NCBI GenBank assembly: GCA_965228875.1
Contig: OZ245843.1
Location: 1,532,616-1,596,615 of the forward strand
DNA length: 64,000 nucleotides
Source: Thalassobaculaceae bacterium
GTDB taxonomy: Bacteria > Pseudomonadota > Alphaproteobacteria > Thalassobaculales > Thalassobaculaceae
Reading direction: 5' to 3'
In this document: in pieces, positions 62,997 to 64,000 of the stretch
Layout of the letters: the number at the start of each line of letters is the position of its first letter
Position numbering within the stretch: the first letter of the stretch is position 1
Translations under genes and position numbers: made by a program
Notes under the pieces: generated by a model
The model's input: the letters and a program-made list of their open reading frames with translations, nothing else
Database searches by the model: none
Told to the model about the DNA's origin: nothing

Positions 62997-64000
62997 TCAG
63001 TCGTTGCGGCGCAGCTCCGCCTTGGCGATCGCCTCCAGATGGACCTCGTCCGGGCCGTCGGCGAGACGCAGGGCGCGGCTGTGACCGTAGGCGTGGGCCA
63101 GGTGGAAGTCCTGGCTGACGCCGCCGCCGCCATGCACCTGGATCGCCTTGTCGATCACGTCGCAGGCCATGCGCGGGGCGATCACCTTGATCATCGCGAT
63201 CTCCTGGCGCGCGGCCTTGTTGCCGACCGTGTCCATCTTGTGCGCCGCGTAGAGCACCATCAGGCGGGCCTGGTCGATGGCGATCCGGCTCTCGGCGATG
63301 GTGTGGCGCAGCGCCCCCTGCTCCGACAGCGCCTTGCCGAAGGCGACGCGCGAGCGCGCCCGCGCCTTCATCGCCTCCAGCGCGCGCTCGGCCTGGCCGA
63401 TCAGGCGCATGCAGTGATGGATGCGCCCCGGTCCGAGGCGCCCCTGGGCGATCTCGAAGCCGCGACCCTCGCCCAGCAGGATGTTGGACGCCGGCACGCG
63501 CACATTGTCGAACGTCACCTCGGCGTGGCCGTGCGGCGCATGGTCGTAGCCGAACACGGTCAGCGCCCGCTTCACCGTCACGCCGGCAGTGTCCAGCGGC
63601 ACCAGGATCATCGACTGCTGGCGGTACTTCTCGGCGTCCGGATCGGTCTTGCCCATGAAGATCATGATCTTGCAGCGCTCGTCCAGCGCGCCCGACGTCC
63701 ACCACTTGCGGGCGTTGATCACGTAGTCGTCGCCGTCGCGGGTGATCTGCGCTTCGATATTGGTGGCGTCGGAGGACGCGACCGCCGGCTCGGTCATGGC
63801 GAAGGCTGAGCGGATCTCGCCGTTCATCAGCGGGGTCAGCCACCGCGCCTTCTGCTCCTCGGTGCCGTAACGCACGAGGACTTCCATGTTTCCGGTGTCC
63901 GGCGCCGAGCAGTTGAAGCACTCGGCACCGATCGACGACCGCCCCATGATCTCGCAGATCGCGGCGTAGTCGCGATTGGACAGGCCGGCACCGAGTTCGC
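62997..64000 (-). CDS. Acyl-CoA dehydrogenase (ACAD10/11-like), 5' end beyond the window
   Basis: [59 protein letters not shown]. Confidence 0.93.
   Translation of the reverse strand, partial: ELGAGLSNRDYAAICEIMGRSSIGAECFNCSAPDTGNMEVLVRYGTEEQKARWLTPLMNGEIRSAFAMTEPAVASSDATNIEAQITRDGDDYVINARKWWTSGALDERCKIMIFMGKTDPDAEKYRQQSMILVPLDTAGVTVKRALTVFGYDHAPHGHAEVTFDNVRVPASNILLGEGRGFEIAQGRLGPGRIHHCMRLIGQAERALEAMKARARSRVAFGKALSEQGALRHTIAESRIAIDQARLMVLYAAHKMDTVGNKAARQEIAMIKVIAPRMACDVIDKAIQVHGGGGVSQDFHLAHAYGHSRALRLADGPDEVHLEAIAKAELRRND

Overview
High-GC alphaproteobacterial chromosomal window; gene content and order look Rhodospirillales-like (inference). Most of it is housekeeping or metabolic: an RND efflux pair, psd-pssA, a LysM protein, LOG, icd, pepA, lptFG-lptD-surA-pdxA-rsmA, suyAB, a ugpBAEC-type transporter with Pho-box-like repeats, an ECF41 sigma/AhpD pair with its consensus promoter, an MCP, a BMP nucleoside ABC transporter, SDR/APH genes, glgCA and an acyl-CoA dehydrogenase. 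The standout is an accessory block at about 39.6-50.5 kb with AT-rich spacers. It encodes a trypsin-like protease fused to a SleB-type cell-wall hydrolase, a class III nucleotide cyclase-STAND ATPase-TPR protein, a 76-aa candidate precursor peptide directly upstream of YcaO-TfuA (a thioamide-forming pair), a metzincin metalloprotease and a Crp-family regulator. Near-consensus CRP boxes lie upstream of the effector genes. I read it as a possibly undescribed, cyclic-nucleotide-controlled thioamide-peptide/proteolysis system. No rRNA, tRNA, CRISPR array, integrase or transposase was seen. All family calls come from motif recognition, not database searches.
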